Shown here: positions 18,708 to 28,264 of the stretch, piece after piece
How the letters are laid out: the number at the start of each line of letters is the position of its first letter
Numbering within the stretch: position 1 is the first letter of the stretch
DNA from: Candidatus Krumholzibacteriia bacterium
GTDB lineage: Bacteria > Krumholzibacteriota > Krumholzibacteriia > LZORAL124-64-63
Length of the DNA stretch: 64,000 nt
NCBI GenBank assembly: GCA_046484865.1
Contig: JAWOID010000079.1
Coordinates: forward strand, 1-64,000
Reading direction: 5' to 3'
Notes under the pieces: generated by a model
What the model was told of the DNA's origin: nothing
The model's database searches: none
The model's input: the letters and a program-made list of their open reading frames with translations, nothing else
Position numbers and translations under genes: made by a program

Positions 18708-19523
18708 CTAGTCCACCGGCAGCCGCCCCAGCCGCTCCGTCACCGGGGTGGCCAGCGTCGGCTCCACGCGTACGGGCGCCGGCGCCCGCTCCAGTTCCAC
18801 CAGGGGCAGCCCGCCGCGGGGCGCCCGCTCCGGATCGAACTCCACGAAGATCTCGACCCGGCGATTCCGCGTCCGCCCCTCGAGCGAGGCGTTGTCCGCG
18901 ACCGGGCGGTGCTCCCCGTATCCGGTGGCACCCACTCGCTCCGGCGCCACCCCGCACTCCTGCAGGCGTGTGGCCACGGCCACCGCGCGGGCGGCGGAGA
19001 GGTGCCAGTTCGACGGGTACCGCGCACTGCGCATGGGCACGCTGTCGGTGTGGCCCTCCACCCGGATGGGGTGCGGGTACCCGGCCAGCAAGCCGCCGAT
19101 CCGGGCGATCACCCCGCCGTCCCCCTCCTTCAGTTCCGCCGCTCCCGTCGCGAAGAGCACCGGAGCGTCCATGCGGATGGCGATGCCCATGGGGGTCACC
19201 TCCACCTGCACCTCCCCCTCCACTCCCTCGGCAAGCAGGGATCGTTCCATCTCCCGCAGCTCGTAGATGAGCTGGGCCTCCTCGTTGGGAGCGTGGCGCG
19301 GCACGATGGGGTGGTTCAGCTCGAGGACCGATTCCGGGGTCTTCAAGACGCCGAATGCCTCGCGCAGGGCCATCGCCGCCTGCTTGAATTGCACTTCCTG
19401 GATGGATGAAAAACTGACGATCAGCACGAAGAACGTGAGCAGGAGCGTCATCATGTCGCCGTAGGTCATGACCCACAGGTCGAGACCCTTCTTGACGACG
19501 ACGGGGCGGGTGTTGCGGCTCAC
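18708..19523 (-). CDS. motB: Stator B subunit MotB/PomB
   Basis: WVMTYGDMMTLLLTFFVL; OmpA-like VEGHTD, SNWHLSAARA, NRRVEI; GTG after GGAGAG. Confidence 0.93.
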   Translation of the reverse strand: MSRNTRPVVVKKGLDLWVMTYGDMMTLLLTFFVLIVSFSSIQEVQFKQAAMALREAFGVLKTPESVLELNHPIVPRHAPNEEAQLIYELREMERSLLAEGVEGEVQVEVTPMGIAIRMDAPVLFATGAAELKEGDGGVIARIGGLLAGYPHPIRVEGHTDSVPMRSARYPSNWHLSAARAVAVATRLQECGVAPERVGATGYGEHRPVADNASLEGRTRNRRVEIFVEFDPERAPRGGLPLVELERAPAPVRVEPTLATPVTERLGRLPVD

Positions 19524-19572
19524 GTGGACACTCTCCCGGCGCGGCCATCCGCCCTGGCCGGCCGGCCAGGGG

Positions 19573-20355
19573 TCAGGCGGCCTTCTGCTTCCTGTCCTCC
19601 ACACGGCGGCGCATGGTCGGCGACAGGAAGGACTTCAGCTTCTCCTCCACGATCCGGGGCGAATCGCCGCTCTGGATGGCCATGATGCCCTCGATGACCA
19701 TCTCCTTGAGGAGCAACTCCTCGTTGGAGCGCAGCTCGAGCTTGCCGGCGAGCGGCAGGAAGAACGCGTTCGCGAGCAGGGCGCCGTAGAAGGTGGTGAT
19801 GAGGGCGGTGGCCATGCCGGCGCCGATGGAGGTGGGATCCTCCAGCGCCGACAGCATGTTCACGAGGCCGATCAGGGTGCCGATCATGCCGAACGCCGGC
19901 GCGAAGGTCCCGCCGCACTCCAGGATCGACTTGCCCTCCTTGTGGCGGGCCTCGATCTGGCCGAGATCCGTCTCGAGGATCTTCTCCAGGAGCTGGGGGT
20001 CGGTGCCGTCCACCGCCAGGCGCAACCCCTTGCGCAGGAACTCGTCCGGCTCGTCCTCCGACTGCTCCTCCAGGGCCAGCATCCCCTCGCGACGCGCCCG
20101 CTCGGCGTACGATACGAGCTTGGCGATGATCGAGTCGGGGTCGTCCACGTGGAAGAGGACCGTCTTCTTCAGGACCTGCATCAGGCCCAGGACCTTGGCG
20201 ATGGGGAAGTTGATGAGGATGGTGGCGATGGTTCCGCCCATGACGATGGCCAGGGAGGGGGCGTCCACGAACTGGTTCAGCGAACCGCCGAGGATGATGC
20301 CCCACACGACCAGCGCGAAGGCGAGTACCAGCCCGACCAGGGTGGCGATGTCCAC
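19573..20355 (-). CDS. motA: Stator A subunit MotA/PomA
   Basis: RREGMLALE, APAFGMIGTLIGL, ALITTFYG. Confidence 0.95.
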   Translation of the reverse strand: MDIATLVGLVLAFALVVWGIILGGSLNQFVDAPSLAIVMGGTIATILINFPIAKVLGLMQVLKKTVLFHVDDPDSIIAKLVSYAERARREGMLALEEQSEDEPDEFLRKGLRLAVDGTDPQLLEKILETDLGQIEARHKEGKSILECGGTFAPAFGMIGTLIGLVNMLSALEDPTSIGAGMATALITTFYGALLANAFFLPLAGKLELRSNEELLLKEMVIEGIMAIQSGDSPRIVEEKLKSFLSPTMRRRVEDRKQKAA

Positions 20356-20400
20356 GAGCGCCTCTCTCTCGGCTCTCTCGGCGAATCCGCCCGCGAGGGC

Positions 20401-20625
20401 CTAGCCCTCGAAGACCGAGCCGGTGCCGCCGGTGGGCACGGGGTAGATCCGGGCCTGCGAGCGGTAGCGGACCGCACGCCGCACGACCTCTTCGATGTCT
20501 TCCAGCACCATGATCTTGCGCCCGGTGGTGAGCGAAACCAGCGTATCCGGCGTGACCTCCACGAACTCGATGAGGTCTGCGTTCACCACCAGTTCTTTCC
20601 CGTTGAGTTTCGTGAGTTTGATCAT
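20401..20625 (-). CDS. flbD: FlbD/SwrD family flagellar protein
   Basis: MIKLTKLNG..VNADLIE...TPDT; between flgE and motA. Confidence 0.9.
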   Translation of the reverse strand: MIKLTKLNGKELVVNADLIEFVEVTPDTLVSLTTGRKIMVLEDIEEVVRRAVRYRSQARIYPVPTGGTGSVFEG

Positions 20626-20673
20626 GGACTTTAGCTCCCGCGCTCAGCCGGCCCCGCGCCCCTGCCGCGGGAG

Positions 20674-20701
20674 GGGGGCGACCGCGGCGTGCGGCCGCCC
20701 C
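20674..20701 (-). terminator. Hairpin after flgE
   Basis: GGGGGCGACCGC-GGCGT-GCGGCCGCCCCC imperfect inverted repeat. Confidence 0.4.
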
Positions 20702-20710
20702 CGTCGGCGG

Positions 20711-22759
20711 CTACCGGATCAGGTTCACCAGCTCCTGCATGACCTGGTCGCCCGTGGTGATGACGCGGCTGTTCGCCTGGAAGGCGCGCTGCGCCACCAC
20801 CAGCCGCGTGAACTCCAGCGCCAGGTCCACGTTGCTCGTCTCCAGGGCGCCCGGCACGATGGTCATACCGCTGCTCTCTCCCGCGAAGGCGACCGACGCC
20901 TGGCCCGAGTTGCCGCTGATGCGGAAGGTGTTGTTCGCATCGCGCAGCAGCCCGGCGGGGTTCGTGAACTCCGCCAGCGCCACCCGGCCGATGTTGCGGA
21001 TCGTGTCGTTGGAGAACTGGCCCGTGATGAGCCCGCTCTGGTCGATGTTGAAGTCGACCAGGGAACCCGCCTTGAAGCCGTCGGCCACCGACTGCAGACT
21101 GCCGGCGCCGTCGAACTGCGTGAGTCCGGACAGGCCGCCGATCGTGCCGTAGTCGATCGCCACGTCGAGGATGCCGGCCCCCTCCTCGCCGGTCGGCTGG
21201 GGCCGGATGCTGAGCGAACTGGAGCCGTCGTCGAAGCTGAAGTTGCTGATCGAGCCGTTGTCGCCGAACCGGATGCGGCCGGACCCGCCCGAGATGATCT
21301 CCTCGAGCCCGTCGCAGTTCGCCTGCCAGATCCATTCGTTGAGCCCGGGCACCTTCTCGAAGGTGAAGTTCACGACGTGCTCGCTGCCGAGCGAGTCGTA
21401 CAGGGTGGTGGCCACCGAGAAGGTCTGCGCGTCGCGGGCCTGCTGGGTCTGCCGGAAGTTGAAGGCGGACTCGATCACCGTGTTGTCGCTGTCCTGTTCG
21501 CTGATGCGGATGTCGCCCAGCGCGCTGCCCGTCCCCACCTCGCCCTGCACCACGATCTGACCCAGGTCGTTCATCACCACCGGGTTCGAGTTGATCCCGT
21601 GCGCGTACTGGATGGCCTGCAACAGCTCCGCCACCGTGGTGGCGGCGGTCACGGCCAGCGTACCGGTGACCGACTCGCCGCCCACCGCCCCCTCGAGGTT
21701 CAGCACCGTGCTGCCGGTGGAGAGATCCAGGTTCAGATGCACGCCGTCGGAGTCGTAGAGCGCGGAGAGGAGGTCGCCCTCCGCGGCGTAGGCCCTCAGC
21801 TCGCCGGCCTCGCCCGAGCGCATCGAGGTGTCGGTGGTGGCGCCCGCGGCGATGCTCGGCTCGAAGAGGAAGCTGGCGTTGAAGACGTCCTTGCCGGAGC
21901 TGGAGAGCGACAGGCCCTCCACCTCGGTGCCGCCGTTCTGCGCCTGCAGGGCGCCCGACGGGAGCACGGAGAACGTGAGCCCGGGCGCGGTGGTGTTCAG
22001 CCAGTCGACCAGATCCTGGTAGGTGGACGTCGAGGTCACGGTGAACGAGGCGCCGGCCGCGATGTCGACGCCGTCGCGCCGTCCGTTCAGACTGACGGTG
22101 TCGCCGGGATTGAGGTTGAGCGATCCGTTGCGCTGGCCGCTCATGTCCACCAGGAGGTCGGCGCCCGCCGCCGCCACCAGGAAGCTGCCGCTCTCGATGA
22201 TCGTCTCGGTGGCGTCGCTGTCCGCGTCCAGGTTGCCGATGAGCTCGACGGACGTGGAGGCCTCCGCCGGCACCACCAGGCCCGGGTCGATGAAGATGTC
22301 GCCGATCGGCCCGTTCGCGATGGCGCCGCTGGCATCGGCCATGACTCCCTGCACGCGCATGCCCGTGGACGGGTCCACGAAGTAGTTCATGCTGTCCAGC
22401 CCGAAGACCCCGGCCCGCGAGTAGACGCTGCTGAGGCCGTCGTTCAGGATGAAGAACCCGGCGCCCTGGATCGCGAGGTCGGTCTTCTTGCCCGTGGTCT
22501 GGAAGTTCCCCTGACCGAAGTTGGTGTCGATGCTGGACACCCGCGTGCCCAGGCCGACCTGCTGAGGATTCGTGCCGCCGAGACCGCCCGATACCGGCCG
22601 GCTGGCGGACCTCATGGTCTGCGTGAGCATCTCGCTGAACGTCGCCCGGCCCGACTTGAAGCCGATCGTGTTGCTGTTGGCGATGTTGTTGCCGATCACG
22701 TCGAGGGCGGTCAGGTTGGCCGACAGCCCGGAGACTCCGGAGTAGAGCGACTTGAACAT
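20711..22759 (-). CDS. flgE: Flagellar hook protein FlgE, long form (682 aa)
   Basis: SLYSGVSGL, GNNIANSNTIGFK, DLAIQGAGFF, LETSNVDL, AQRAFQANSRVI. Confidence 0.95.
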   Translation of the reverse strand: MFKSLYSGVSGLSANLTALDVIGNNIANSNTIGFKSGRATFSEMLTQTMRSASRPVSGGLGGTNPQQVGLGTRVSSIDTNFGQGNFQTTGKKTDLAIQGAGFFILNDGLSSVYSRAGVFGLDSMNYFVDPSTGMRVQGVMADASGAIANGPIGDIFIDPGLVVPAEASTSVELIGNLDADSDATETIIESGSFLVAAAGADLLVDMSGQRNGSLNLNPGDTVSLNGRRDGVDIAAGASFTVTSTSTYQDLVDWLNTTAPGLTFSVLPSGALQAQNGGTEVEGLSLSSSGKDVFNASFLFEPSIAAGATTDTSMRSGEAGELRAYAAEGDLLSALYDSDGVHLNLDLSTGSTVLNLEGAVGGESVTGTLAVTAATTVAELLQAIQYAHGINSNPVVMNDLGQIVVQGEVGTGSALGDIRISEQDSDNTVIESAFNFRQTQQARDAQTFSVATTLYDSLGSEHVVNFTFEKVPGLNEWIWQANCDGLEEIISGGSGRIRFGDNGSISNFSFDDGSSSLSIRPQPTGEEGAGILDVAIDYGTIGGLSGLTQFDGAGSLQSVADGFKAGSLVDFNIDQSGLITGQFSNDTIRNIGRVALAEFTNPAGLLRDANNTFRISGNSGQASVAFAGESSGMTIVPGALETSNVDLALEFTRLVVAQRAFQANSRVITTGDQVMQELVNLIR

Positions 22760-22838
22760 GGAATCCTCCTCGCGGGAGCGTACTGCGCGACTGCCGGCCC
22801 CCGGCCCTCGGCCGGGACGGACGGTCGCGGATGTGACC

Positions 22839-23489
22839 TCAGCTCACCTTGTAGATCTCGGAGACGTAGAACTCGTCGCCGCCCACCTCCACCACGGCGA
22901 TCCCGTTCTCGTAGCGCAGACCCGTGACCGCCCCGGTCATCAGGGTCACGTGCTGCACCGGGACGCCGTCCTTCTCGACGGACACCCGTAGCGTGTACTC
23001 GCCTTCGGCCGCCGGCTGTTCCTCGTCGTCCAGGTAGCCGTCCCAGGTCACGTCGTTGCGTCCCGCGACGAGGTCGCGGTGGTAGGTCTCAACGACCTTG
23101 CCGTTCGCATCGACGATTTCGATGGTGGCGCGGCCGGTGCCGGCCGCGTCCACGTACGTGCGGGACGCCCCCTCGCCGGTGAGCCAGACCTTGTCGCCCT
23201 CGACCGTGACCTTGCGCCCCACGAGGGCCAGCATGGCGGTGTTGTTGAGCGACTGGCTCACCATCAGATCGTCGTCGAGCTTCCCGCCGAGCTTCTGCAG
23301 CTCCTCCAGCATCGTGAACTGGGTGATCTGGGAGGTGAACTCGGCGTTGTCCATCGGACTGAGCGGATCCTGGTTGCGGATCTGCGCCACCAGCAGGTTG
23401 ATGAAGTCGAGCTTCGAGGTCTGGCCGTAGTCGCGCGCCGGCGCGCCCAGGACCGGCCCCGTGGAATTCGAGACTCCGTTCACCGGCAT
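22839..23489 (-). CDS. flgD: Hook cap protein FlgD
   Basis: FINLLVAQIRNQDPLSPMD, TWDG. Confidence 0.95.
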   Translation of the reverse strand: MPVNGVSNSTGPVLGAPARDYGQTSKLDFINLLVAQIRNQDPLSPMDNAEFTSQITQFTMLEELQKLGGKLDDDLMVSQSLNNTAMLALVGRKVTVEGDKVWLTGEGASRTYVDAAGTGRATIEIVDANGKVVETYHRDLVAGRNDVTWDGYLDDEEQPAAEGEYTLRVSVEKDGVPVQHVTLMTGAVTGLRYENGIAVVEVGGDEFYVSEIYKVS

Positions 23490-23492
23490 CGC

Positions 23493-24968
23493 CTAGCTCC
23501 CTTCACGCTCGCGGCCGTCGCGGCCGCGGCCCTGCTGGTCCCGCTCCGGCTGCTCGCGCTCGCGTCGTTCGCGCTCCTCGGCCTGATCGCCGGAGCGCTC
23601 CCCGTCGCGGTTGCGCGCGCAGCGCACGTCCACCTCGGTCCAGCGGCCGCCGCGGTGCAGCAGCGCCTCCACGAGCTCGTCGGCTCCCTCCTGCAGCGCA
23701 CGCTCGGCACCCGCCGAGTCGGCCCGGAAGACCACCTCCAGGCGGTCGCCGCGCACCTGCAGATCCACCTGCACCTTCCCCAGGTGCGCGGGGTCGAGGC
23801 GCAGGATCACGCGGTCCTGGCCGCCGATCTCGCGCGTCAGGAGCCGGTCGACGACCTGCGCCCGGATCGCGCGCCCCGCGGCCGGGTCGGCGGCGGCCGG
23901 AGAGCCCCCCGAGGTCGCCGGACGGCCTCCGGCGCCCGCCGGCGCGCGCCCGGGGGCGGCCACCCAGCCGGGCGCGTCGGCGTCGGCGTCGGCGCCGGCG
24001 TCCTCCGCGAGACTCGTCCCGGATGCGGACCCGTCGATCGGGGCGGGCGGCTCCTCGGTCCGGTGAACGGATCGGACGATCTCCGGCGGCGCCGGGACCG
24101 CCGCGGTCGGCTGTTCGCCCGCCCGTCCCTGGCTCGCCACGGTCTGCTCCGGTGCGGGCCCGCCCCGCGCAGACGACTCTCCGGCGGACGCCGCCGTGGC
24201 CTCGCCGTGCGCCACGTGCGCCATGGCGGTCGCCCTCGATGGGGCTGAGTCCGCGATCACGCGCTGCGGATCAGAGCCGCCGTCCGCATCGGGTTCCACG
24301 CCCGCGAGTTCGGTCACCGGCTCAGCCGCCGGCACCTCCGCCGGCACCGGCGCGGTTTCTGTCCCGTGTGCGCCGCCCGCCGCGGCCACCGTGGTGACGC
24401 CGGCCGAGGCGGCTGCCGCGGGCGCGGGCACGGCGCTCCTGCCGGCGAAGCAGCCGGCGACGACGCTTCCATTCCCGTTCGCGCCGGCGAGCAGGTTCGG
24501 CAGGCGACCGGGCGGGCCGGACCCGTCCGCCGCGCTGCCGCCATGCTTCTGCGCCGGCTCGGCGCCGGGGGCGGCGCCTCCGCCGTGGTGCCCGTCGGCG
24601 CTCCGCGGCCAGACGGCAGCAAACCCGTCCGCACTGTGGCCGGTCGACCCGCCGGCGGCGGCTGCGACGGCGGCCAGGCGCTGACCGGCAGCCGTGGCGG
24701 CGGCGGGAACCATGCCGAGGAGCGCCTTGCCGACCGTCTCCTCGCCGCCCGTGCACGCTTCCGTCTCGCCGTCGCCCGGAGCGGCCGCTCCGGCCGGCTC
24801 CGACGCCTCCGCAACCTCCGCCGGCACCGCCGCCTGCGAAGCCTGCTCGCCGGCCAGGAGCGCCGCGAACAGACCGGCCAGACCGGAGAATCCGGCTCCC
24901 GGGTCGGCGCTGCGGCCGGCAGCGGGAAGTCGGTCGAGCGGTCCGGCAACCGGTCCGGTCTCCATCAA
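23493..24968 (-). CDS. fliK: Hook-length control protein FliK
   Basis: Long Ala/Pro-rich disordered N-terminus, C-terminal LRLDPAHLGKVQVDL domain; upstream of flgD. Confidence 0.85.
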   Translation of the reverse strand: MMETGPVAGPLDRLPAAGRSADPGAGFSGLAGLFAALLAGEQASQAAVPAEVAEASEPAGAAAPGDGETEACTGGEETVGKALLGMVPAAATAAGQRLAAVAAAAGGSTGHSADGFAAVWPRSADGHHGGGAAPGAEPAQKHGGSAADGSGPPGRLPNLLAGANGNGSVVAGCFAGRSAVPAPAAAASAGVTTVAAAGGAHGTETAPVPAEVPAAEPVTELAGVEPDADGGSDPQRVIADSAPSRATAMAHVAHGEATAASAGESSARGGPAPEQTVASQGRAGEQPTAAVPAPPEIVRSVHRTEEPPAPIDGSASGTSLAEDAGADADADAPGWVAAPGRAPAGAGGRPATSGGSPAAADPAAGRAIRAQVVDRLLTREIGGQDRVILRLDPAHLGKVQVDLQVRGDRLEVVFRADSAGAERALQEGADELVEALLHRGGRWTEVDVRCARNRDGERSGDQAEERERREREQPERDQQGRGRDGREREGS

Positions 24969-25489
24969 CTCGCCCCCTGCCGGCTCATGCGCGTGGAGAT
25001 CTGCGCCGCCAGTCCCGCGTCCATGTAGGAGAGGATGCGAGCGGCGGGGCGCTCCTTCATGCGGCTCACCACGTCGATGATGATCTCCAGGTCGAGCGCC
25101 GCCAGGATGGGCGCGGCGCTGTCCGGCTTCATGGATTCGTACATCTTGGCGAGCTTCTGGGCCGAGAGCTCGCGCTCGGCGGCGTACTGCTGCTGGCGCG
25201 ACTCGAGCCTCGCCACCACGGCTCCCAGGCTGTTGCGCGTGCGCTCGAGCGCCTCCTGCTGCACGGCCGCGCTCTGCTGCAGCCGCACCACCTGCTCACG
25301 CTCGCGCTGCAGCCGGTCGCGCTCCCGCGCGATGTCCTCGAAGAGCCGTCCCGCGGCTCCGTGGTCCTCGCTGCCCAGCTCCGGCTCGGTGCTCTGCCGC
25401 GCCGCGTGCCCCAGGTGGGCGCTCATCAGCACGACTCCGCCGAAGATGATCACGAAGGTGATCAGCGAGATGACGATGACGCTCTTCAT
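24965..25489 (-). CDS. MotE/FlbB/YlxF-like protein (TM, coiled coil, MgtE_N-like)
   Basis: KLAKMYESMKPDSAAPIL, MKERPAARILSYM; GAGGAG RBS; between fliJ and fliK. Confidence 0.8.
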   Translation of the reverse strand: MKSVIVISLITFVIIFGGVVLMSAHLGHAARQSTEPELGSEDHGAAGRLFEDIARERDRLQREREQVVRLQQSAAVQQEALERTRNSLGAVVARLESRQQQYAAERELSAQKLAKMYESMKPDSAAPILAALDLEIIIDVVSRMKERPAARILSYMDAGLAAQISTRMSRQGAS

Positions 25490-25547
25490 GTCGATCTCTC
25501 CTCGAGTCCGCGGCGGCGCGGCCGATGATGAGTACGTCGGAGTCCAC

Positions 25548-25562
25548 GCAACCGCAGTGCCA
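25548..25562 (-). promoter_or_regulatory. sigma54 promoter for the motE-fliK-flgDE-motAB-fliLMNO block
   Basis: TGGCAC-TGCGG-TTGC, perfect consensus, intergenic. Confidence 0.8.
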
Positions 25563-25621
25563 GCCGCCGCTGCCGGGTCCATCCCGGTTCTCCGGACGCC
25601 AAACAGCTCCAGCGCCGTCGG

Positions 25622-26155
25622 TTACCGCGGCTGGCACTCGTCTGGCGCGCCGCTTGCCCGGTCCCTGTCGGCAGGTTTGACCGGGTCCCTGGCAAGGACC
25701 GCCTGTCCCCGGCGCGCGGCGCGGATGGCCGCCACCTCGTCCAGTACCTTGCGTTCGCGACGAGCCTCCTCGAACCTCCAGGCCGCCGCCTGACGCTCGC
25801 GGAGCTGGTCCAGGACCTTCTCGTCCCGGTGGCGTCGAGCGAGGCGGTGCCGGGCCTCTGCGAGCTGCGCGGCGGCCTCGGCGCTCTCGCGCCGACGCTC
25901 GGCGCGCCGTTTCTCCAGCAGCTCCAGGTATCCGCGCCGCTGCACGAGCCCCGCCAGTCCCGCCGCCATGGTGGACCCGGCCGGTCCGCCGAGCAGCGGC
26001 AGGTCGAGCAGGTCCTCGATCTCCGCGTCCGCCTCCGCCTCGCGTCTCAGCGCACGCGCCAGCGCGTCGGCGGCGAGCTTGGCCGAGCGCGAAGCGGCTT
26101 CGGTCTGCCGTCGCCGGAGGCGCAGCACCCGCTCGAGCCGGAAGACGAAGCTCAT
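25622..26155 (-). CDS. fliJ: Flagellar export protein FliJ
   Basis: MSFVFRLERVLRLR, KVLDQLRE, ERKVLDE; ATGA overlap with fliI. Confidence 0.85.
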   Translation of the reverse strand: MSFVFRLERVLRLRRRQTEAASRSAKLAADALARALRREAEADAEIEDLLDLPLLGGPAGSTMAAGLAGLVQRRGYLELLEKRRAERRRESAEAAAQLAEARHRLARRHRDEKVLDQLRERQAAAWRFEEARRERKVLDEVAAIRAARRGQAVLARDPVKPADRDRASGAPDECQPR

Positions 26156-27486
26156 GGTGCGACCGCCTCCCCGGCGCCGGCCAGTTCCGCCAGACGTCGC
26201 CAGGTGTCGTCCAGCGGCGCCGCTTCGTCCACGTCCTGGGCGAGGAAGGCCCGGATGGCGTCGCGCTGCGCGAGCGCCTCGTCCAGCACCGGGTCGGAAC
26301 CGGCCACGTAGGCGCCGATGCTGACGAGGTCGCGATTCTCCTCCAGCGCCTTCAGCCAGCGGACGAACGTCAGCCCCGCCGCGCGGGCGGCCGGATCCAC
26401 CACCTCGTTGCGCAACCGGCTCACGCTGCCGAGCACGTCGACCGCCGGGTAGTGGCCCTCCCGCGCCAGGTCGCGGCTGAGCACCAGGTGCCCGTCGAGT
26501 ATGGAGCGCATCGCATCGCCCACCGGGTCGTGGATGTCGTCGCCCTCGATGAGCACCGTGAAGAAGGCCGTCATGGCATTCACCGCCGACCACCCCGCGC
26601 GCTCGCACAGGCGCGGGAGCGCCGCGAACACGGACGGCGGATAGCCCTTGGTGGTGGGCGGCTCGCCGGCGGCCAGCCCGATCTCGCGCAGCGCCATGGC
26701 GTACCGCGTGGCCGAATCCATCAGGAAGAGCACCTCGCGGTCGCTCTCGCGGAAGCTCTCGGCGATGGTCATGGCCGTCTCCGCGCCCTTGGCGCGCATG
26801 ACGGCGCTCTCGTCCGACGTGACCACCACCACCACGCTGCGCGCCAGCCCCTCGGGTCCGAGATCACGCTCGAGGAACTCCTTCACCTCGCGGCCGCGCT
26901 CGCCGATGAGGGCCAGCACGTTCACGTCGACCTGGGCGCGCCGCGCCAGCATCCCCAGCAGCACCGATTTCCCCACGCCGCTGCCCGCGAAGATGCCCAT
27001 CCGCTGCCCCCGGGCGGCGGTCGCCAGGGCGTCCACCGCCCGCACCCCCGTCTCCAGCACGGTCATCTCCCGCCGGCGGGACAGGGCGGCCGGCGGCCGG
27101 CCGCCGCCGAGGGGCGCCTGCGGCAGGTGGACCACCGGAGGTCCGCCGTCGATGGGGCGTCCGAGGCCGTCGAGCACGCGACCCAGCAGGCCCTCGCCCA
27201 CCGGCACCGAGAGCCGGCGGCTGACGAGCACGACCGGCATCCCGGGTGCGATGCCGTCGGAACTCCCCAGCGGCATCACCAGCAGCCGTCCGTCACGGAA
27301 ACCCACCGCTTCCGCCAGCACCGGGGGCGTGTGGCGTCCCGTGTCCACCCGGCAGAGAGCGCCCACGGGCGCAGCCAGCCCGGTCACCTCCACCACCATG
27401 CCCACGAGGTCGGCCACGCGCCCGACGGCGCGGATCGGATCCAGACGGCGCAGTCGCTCCCGGCAGTCAGTCCAGGCGAGATCCAT
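26152..27486 (-). CDS. fliI: Flagellar export ATPase FliI
   Basis: GIFAGSGVGKS, LIGERGREV, GEPPTTKGYPPS, ILDGH. Confidence 0.97.
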   Translation of the reverse strand: MDLAWTDCRERLRRLDPIRAVGRVADLVGMVVEVTGLAAPVGALCRVDTGRHTPPVLAEAVGFRDGRLLVMPLGSSDGIAPGMPVVLVSRRLSVPVGEGLLGRVLDGLGRPIDGGPPVVHLPQAPLGGGRPPAALSRRREMTVLETGVRAVDALATAARGQRMGIFAGSGVGKSVLLGMLARRAQVDVNVLALIGERGREVKEFLERDLGPEGLARSVVVVVTSDESAVMRAKGAETAMTIAESFRESDREVLFLMDSATRYAMALREIGLAAGEPPTTKGYPPSVFAALPRLCERAGWSAVNAMTAFFTVLIEGDDIHDPVGDAMRSILDGHLVLSRDLAREGHYPAVDVLGSVSRLRNEVVDPAARAAGLTFVRWLKALEENRDLVSIGAYVAGSDPVLDEALAQRDAIRAFLAQDVDEAAPLDDTWRRLAELAGAGEAVAP

Positions 27487-28264
27487 GCCCCTCCCCGGTG
27501 TCCTGGTGCGGCGGCACGCCGGCGCCGTCGCTCCCGGTGCCGTCCTGCGGCTGCCGCACGGGTACGGTCAGCCACTCGTGGACCACCTCGCCGAGCGCCT
27601 GCAACTGGCTGTCCACGGTCGCGTCCCACTCGGCACCATCGCCGCCGCGCACCCGGCATCCCCCCGGGGCCACGCGCCGGTCCGCGCGCACCCTGCCGAT
27701 GCGGAGGCGCTCGCACAGCTCCGGATCGGCCTCCAGACGCCGCGCGTCCTGGGGACTGGCGATGATCTCCAGCGCCGCGCCCGCCTCGACCTTGTGCAGG
27801 ACGGTCTCGAGAGCTCGGACGAGCACGTCCGGATCGGCGGTCACGGCGCTCCTGATCACCTTCTCCGCCAGCGCGAGCGCGAGGTCCACCGACTCGCGCG
27901 CCAGGCGGTTCACGAGCTCGCGGCGATGGGCGTCCACGGCGGCCGCCAGCTCGTGCTGCCAGGCGGCGCAGCGGCGCTCGTGCTCCGCCACCCGCTCCTC
28001 GGCCGCGGCCCGCTCGGTCGCCTGCGCCTCGGCCAGCCGGACGTCGTAACGCTGGCGGAGTTCCGTCTCCACCAGTGCTCGAAGACCTTCCCGCTCGTCG
28101 GTCGAGAGGTGGTCGAGAACGGAGCGCGGGTCGAGGAAGCCGGACTCGCTGCGGAAGCGCGGGTCGCGGGCGGGCGTCCCGGAACCGGCTTCCGGCGCCA
28201 GCGGCACGAAGGTGCCGCCCGCGTCCACGTCCGGCACGAGGGGCTCAGGACACCATGTCCGCAT
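27467..28264 (-). CDS. fliH: Flagellar assembly protein FliH
   Basis: LALALAEKVI, ADRRVAPGGCRV, DATVDSQL; between fliG and fliI; start uncertain. Confidence 0.85.
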   Translation of the reverse strand: MRTWCPEPLVPDVDAGGTFVPLAPEAGSGTPARDPRFRSESGFLDPRSVLDHLSTDEREGLRALVETELRQRYDVRLAEAQATERAAAEERVAEHERRCAAWQHELAAAVDAHRRELVNRLARESVDLALALAEKVIRSAVTADPDVLVRALETVLHKVEAGAALEIIASPQDARRLEADPELCERLRIGRVRADRRVAPGGCRVRGGDGAEWDATVDSQLQALGEVVHEWLTVPVRQPQDGTGSDGAGVPPHQDTGEGHGSRLD

